DNA of 64,000 nt from an uncultured Acidobacteriota bacterium. Its GTDB lineage: Bacteria > Acidobacteriota > Thermoanaerobaculia > UBA5066 > Gp7-AA6. The DNA lies in assembly GCA_963764715.1 (NCBI GenBank), contig CAVXTP010000006.1, positions 320,001-384,000 on the forward strand, given 5' to 3'. This document shows positions 62,080-64,000 of this stretch, in pieces (positions within the stretch are counted from its first letter, which is position 1; every line of letters starts with the position of its first letter). The notes under the pieces are model-generated. The model did no database searches. It was not told the DNA's origin and worked only from the letters and a program-made list of their open reading frames with translations. The position numbers and the translations under genes were made by a program.

Positions 62080-63696
62080 TCAGGCTCCGTCGAAGCCCAT
62101 CGCGGTGACGAAACGCCGGTGGAACGCGGGGTGCGCCGCGAGCTCGACGTACTCCACGCGGCGGGCGATCGCCTGGGCCTCGAAGCGGCTGTCGGGATCG
62201 ACGAGCATCTGCCGCGCCCCGGCGCCCGCGGCGTTGCCGACCTGGCGGAAGCGCGCGAGCGCGACGTCCGGCAGGAGGCCGAGCCGCACCGCGCTCCGGA
62301 GATCGAGGTAGGACCCGAACGCGCCGGCGACCGCGATCTCCTCGAGCTCGTCCGGCTCCGCCCCCGCCTCGTGCAGGAGCACGTCGATGCCGGCCCGGAT
62401 CGCCGCCTTGGCGAGCTGGATCTCGTTGACGTCGTCCCGGGTGATGACGAGGTCGCGGCCGTGCCCCGTCTCGGACGCCGGGACGAGCAGGAACTCGAGG
62501 CGGCCCTGGCTCTCCCGGACGTGCGGGGCATCGCGGCGGAGGTTGCCCCGCCGATCGATCGCGCCCACCCCGAGCATCCCGGCGATGGCGTCGACGATCC
62601 CCGAGCCGCAGATGCCGAGGGGCGGCACCCGGCCCACCGTGTAGACCGACACCGCCTCCGCCCGGACGTGGACGCGCTCGATCGCGCCCGCCGCCGCCCG
62701 CATTCCCGCGGCGATGTGGGCGCCCTCGAACGCGGGACCGGAGGGCGAGGAGCAGGAGACGAGCCGGTCGCGCCGGGCGAGGCTGATCTCGGTGTTGGTT
62801 CCGATGTCGATCGCCACCGCGGTCCGCCCGGTCGAGCCGATGCCGGTCGAGAGGAGTGTCGCGACGTGATCGGCGCCGACGTAGCCGGCGATGTTCGACG
62901 GAACGAAGATGCGCGTGCCGATCGGGAGGTCGAGACCCGCGTCCCGGGCGTAGAGATCGAGGGCGTCGGTCGTCAGCGGATGGTAGGGCGCGGTGCCGAG
63001 CGTGCGCACGGGAAGCCCCGCCAGGAGGTGATGCATGACGGGGTTGCCGACCGCCACGACGTCGGCGATCCGGTCCCGCGGGACGGCGGCGCGGGCGCAG
63101 ATCTCCGCGATGAGCCGGTTCAGCCGCTCGACGAGCTTCTCGCGCAGAATCCGCGCGCCGGCCGGGTTCTGGTCGGCGTACGCGATCCGGCTGATCAGGT
63201 CCTCCCCGTACCCGATCTGGGGATTCATCGACCCGCCGCGCGCGAGCGTCGCGCCGCTCGAGAGGTCGAGCAGGTAGACCGCGAGCTTGGTCGTGCCGAC
63301 GTCGATGGCGAGCCCCAGGCTCCCCGGCCGGCGGTGCGGCACGGAGGCGAGAGCGAACTCCTTCCCTTCGAGCTGGACGCGCTGCGCGGCGGTCAGCGAA
63401 TCGGGCGGGACGTCGACGGACACGTCGCCGAGCGCCACCGCCTGGCAGGCCAGCCGGACACCCTCCGCCGCCTCTTCCGCCGAGAGCTGCGACTGTTCCT
63501 GCTCGCCCGGCGCGGAGACCGCGCCGCGGATCACCCGCACCCGGCAGCCTCCGCACGTGCCTTCGCCCCCGCAGATCGCCTGGAGCTCCACGCCCACCGA
63601 CTGCGCGGCGGCGAGCAGGGTCGCGCCCGCGGGGACCCGGGCGCGCCGGCCGACGGGCTGAAACTCGACGACGCCCGGACTATCGAGCGTCTGCAC
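62080..63696 (-). CDS. ASKHA-family reductive activator of corrinoid proteins with N-terminal 2Fe-2S domain
   Basis: CGGEGTCGGC..RLACQ; DVGTT, DIGTNTE, GPAFEG, GICGSG, AGAFG, GNAA. Confidence 0.9.
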   Translation of the reverse strand: MQTLDSPGVVEFQPVGRRARVPAGATLLAAAQSVGVELQAICGGEGTCGGCRVRVIRGAVSAPGEQEQSQLSAEEAAEGVRLACQAVALGDVSVDVPPDSLTAAQRVQLEGKEFALASVPHRRPGSLGLAIDVGTTKLAVYLLDLSSGATLARGGSMNPQIGYGEDLISRIAYADQNPAGARILREKLVERLNRLIAEICARAAVPRDRIADVVAVGNPVMHHLLAGLPVRTLGTAPYHPLTTDALDLYARDAGLDLPIGTRIFVPSNIAGYVGADHVATLLSTGIGSTGRTAVAIDIGTNTEISLARRDRLVSCSSPSGPAFEGAHIAAGMRAAAGAIERVHVRAEAVSVYTVGRVPPLGICGSGIVDAIAGMLGVGAIDRRGNLRRDAPHVRESQGRLEFLLVPASETGHGRDLVITRDDVNEIQLAKAAIRAGIDVLLHEAGAEPDELEEIAVAGAFGSYLDLRSAVRLGLLPDVALARFRQVGNAAGAGARQMLVDPDSRFEAQAIARRVEYVELAAHPAFHRRFVTAMGFDGA

Positions 63697-64000
63697 GGGG
63701 ATCCCGGTGCCGGCAGCGGCCGGCCGCGGCGCAGAGGTCGCAGGTCCGTCCGCCCTCGAAGACGTCGGGACCGAGCCCGACGACCATCGAGAGCGACTTG
63801 CGGGGCTCCATCATGCATCCCGCGCGGAGCCGCACTCCCGCGGGGGCCGCGCCGGAAGGTCCGAGCAGCCCGAAGAGCTGCCGCTGCCCGGGGTCGAGCG
63901 GCCAGCCGGTCATGCCGGGGCCGAGCGGCAGCGTCGCGCGCAGGCCCTCGTCCGCGGCGAGATCCCGAACGCGACGCCGGGCGGCGGCGGCGAGCGCCTC
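63680..64000 (-). CDS. Methionine-synthase activation-domain-like protein (partial, runs off window)
   Basis: LGPGMTGWPL..Q..LF, CMMEPRKSLS.VVG, C..C....C. Confidence 0.75.
   Translation of the reverse strand, partial: EALAAAARRRVRDLAADEGLRATLPLGPGMTGWPLDPGQRQLFGLLGPSGAAPAGVRLRAGCMMEPRKSLSMVVGLGPDVFEGGRTCDLCAAAGRCRHRDPRADAR

Overview
GC-rich bacterial window. The many Cys-containing SLH anchors and the Rhs style suggest Acidobacteriota/Thermoanaerobaculia (inference). Many genes carry single-base frameshifts, most likely long-read errors. 1-8.3 kb: array of orphan Rhs toxin-immunity cassettes (RNase Sa/barnase-like + barstar; unknown His-rich toxin + unknown immunity; probable RNase + DUF2247). 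Their shells carry an SLH module inserted in a YD hairpin, and most cassette junctions carry a 28-bp motif GGGGTCRATCGTGTAATCCTGTATTGCC. One spacer contains a copy of the 5' end of the gene downstream of the array. 8.5-20.6 kb: two WsfD-like GT-C genes, SLH surface proteins, a DUF1800/DUF1501 pair, a PKD-CuA-like protein and a MerR unit. 21.3-29.1 kb: membrane-anchored FAD/2Fe-2S reductase, heme-b membrane protein, ~54-heme cytochrome c with eight 222-bp repeats, and a beta-barrel (candidate trans-envelope electron conduit). 31-36.6 kb: small NRPS-like cluster (IPMDH-like, isochorismatase-ALDH fusion, A-T-TE with Cys nucleophile). Further on: P450, flavoprotein reductase, radical SAM/NAS-like/QueC-like genes, arsR-arsM, sulfatase, SLH proteins, tRNA-Asp with a degenerate 3' duplicate about 12 kb away, MBL hydrolase, M13 peptidase and a corrinoid activator. 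Best candidates for an undescribed system: the motif-delimited SLH-Rhs cassette array and the reductase-54-heme-porin operon.
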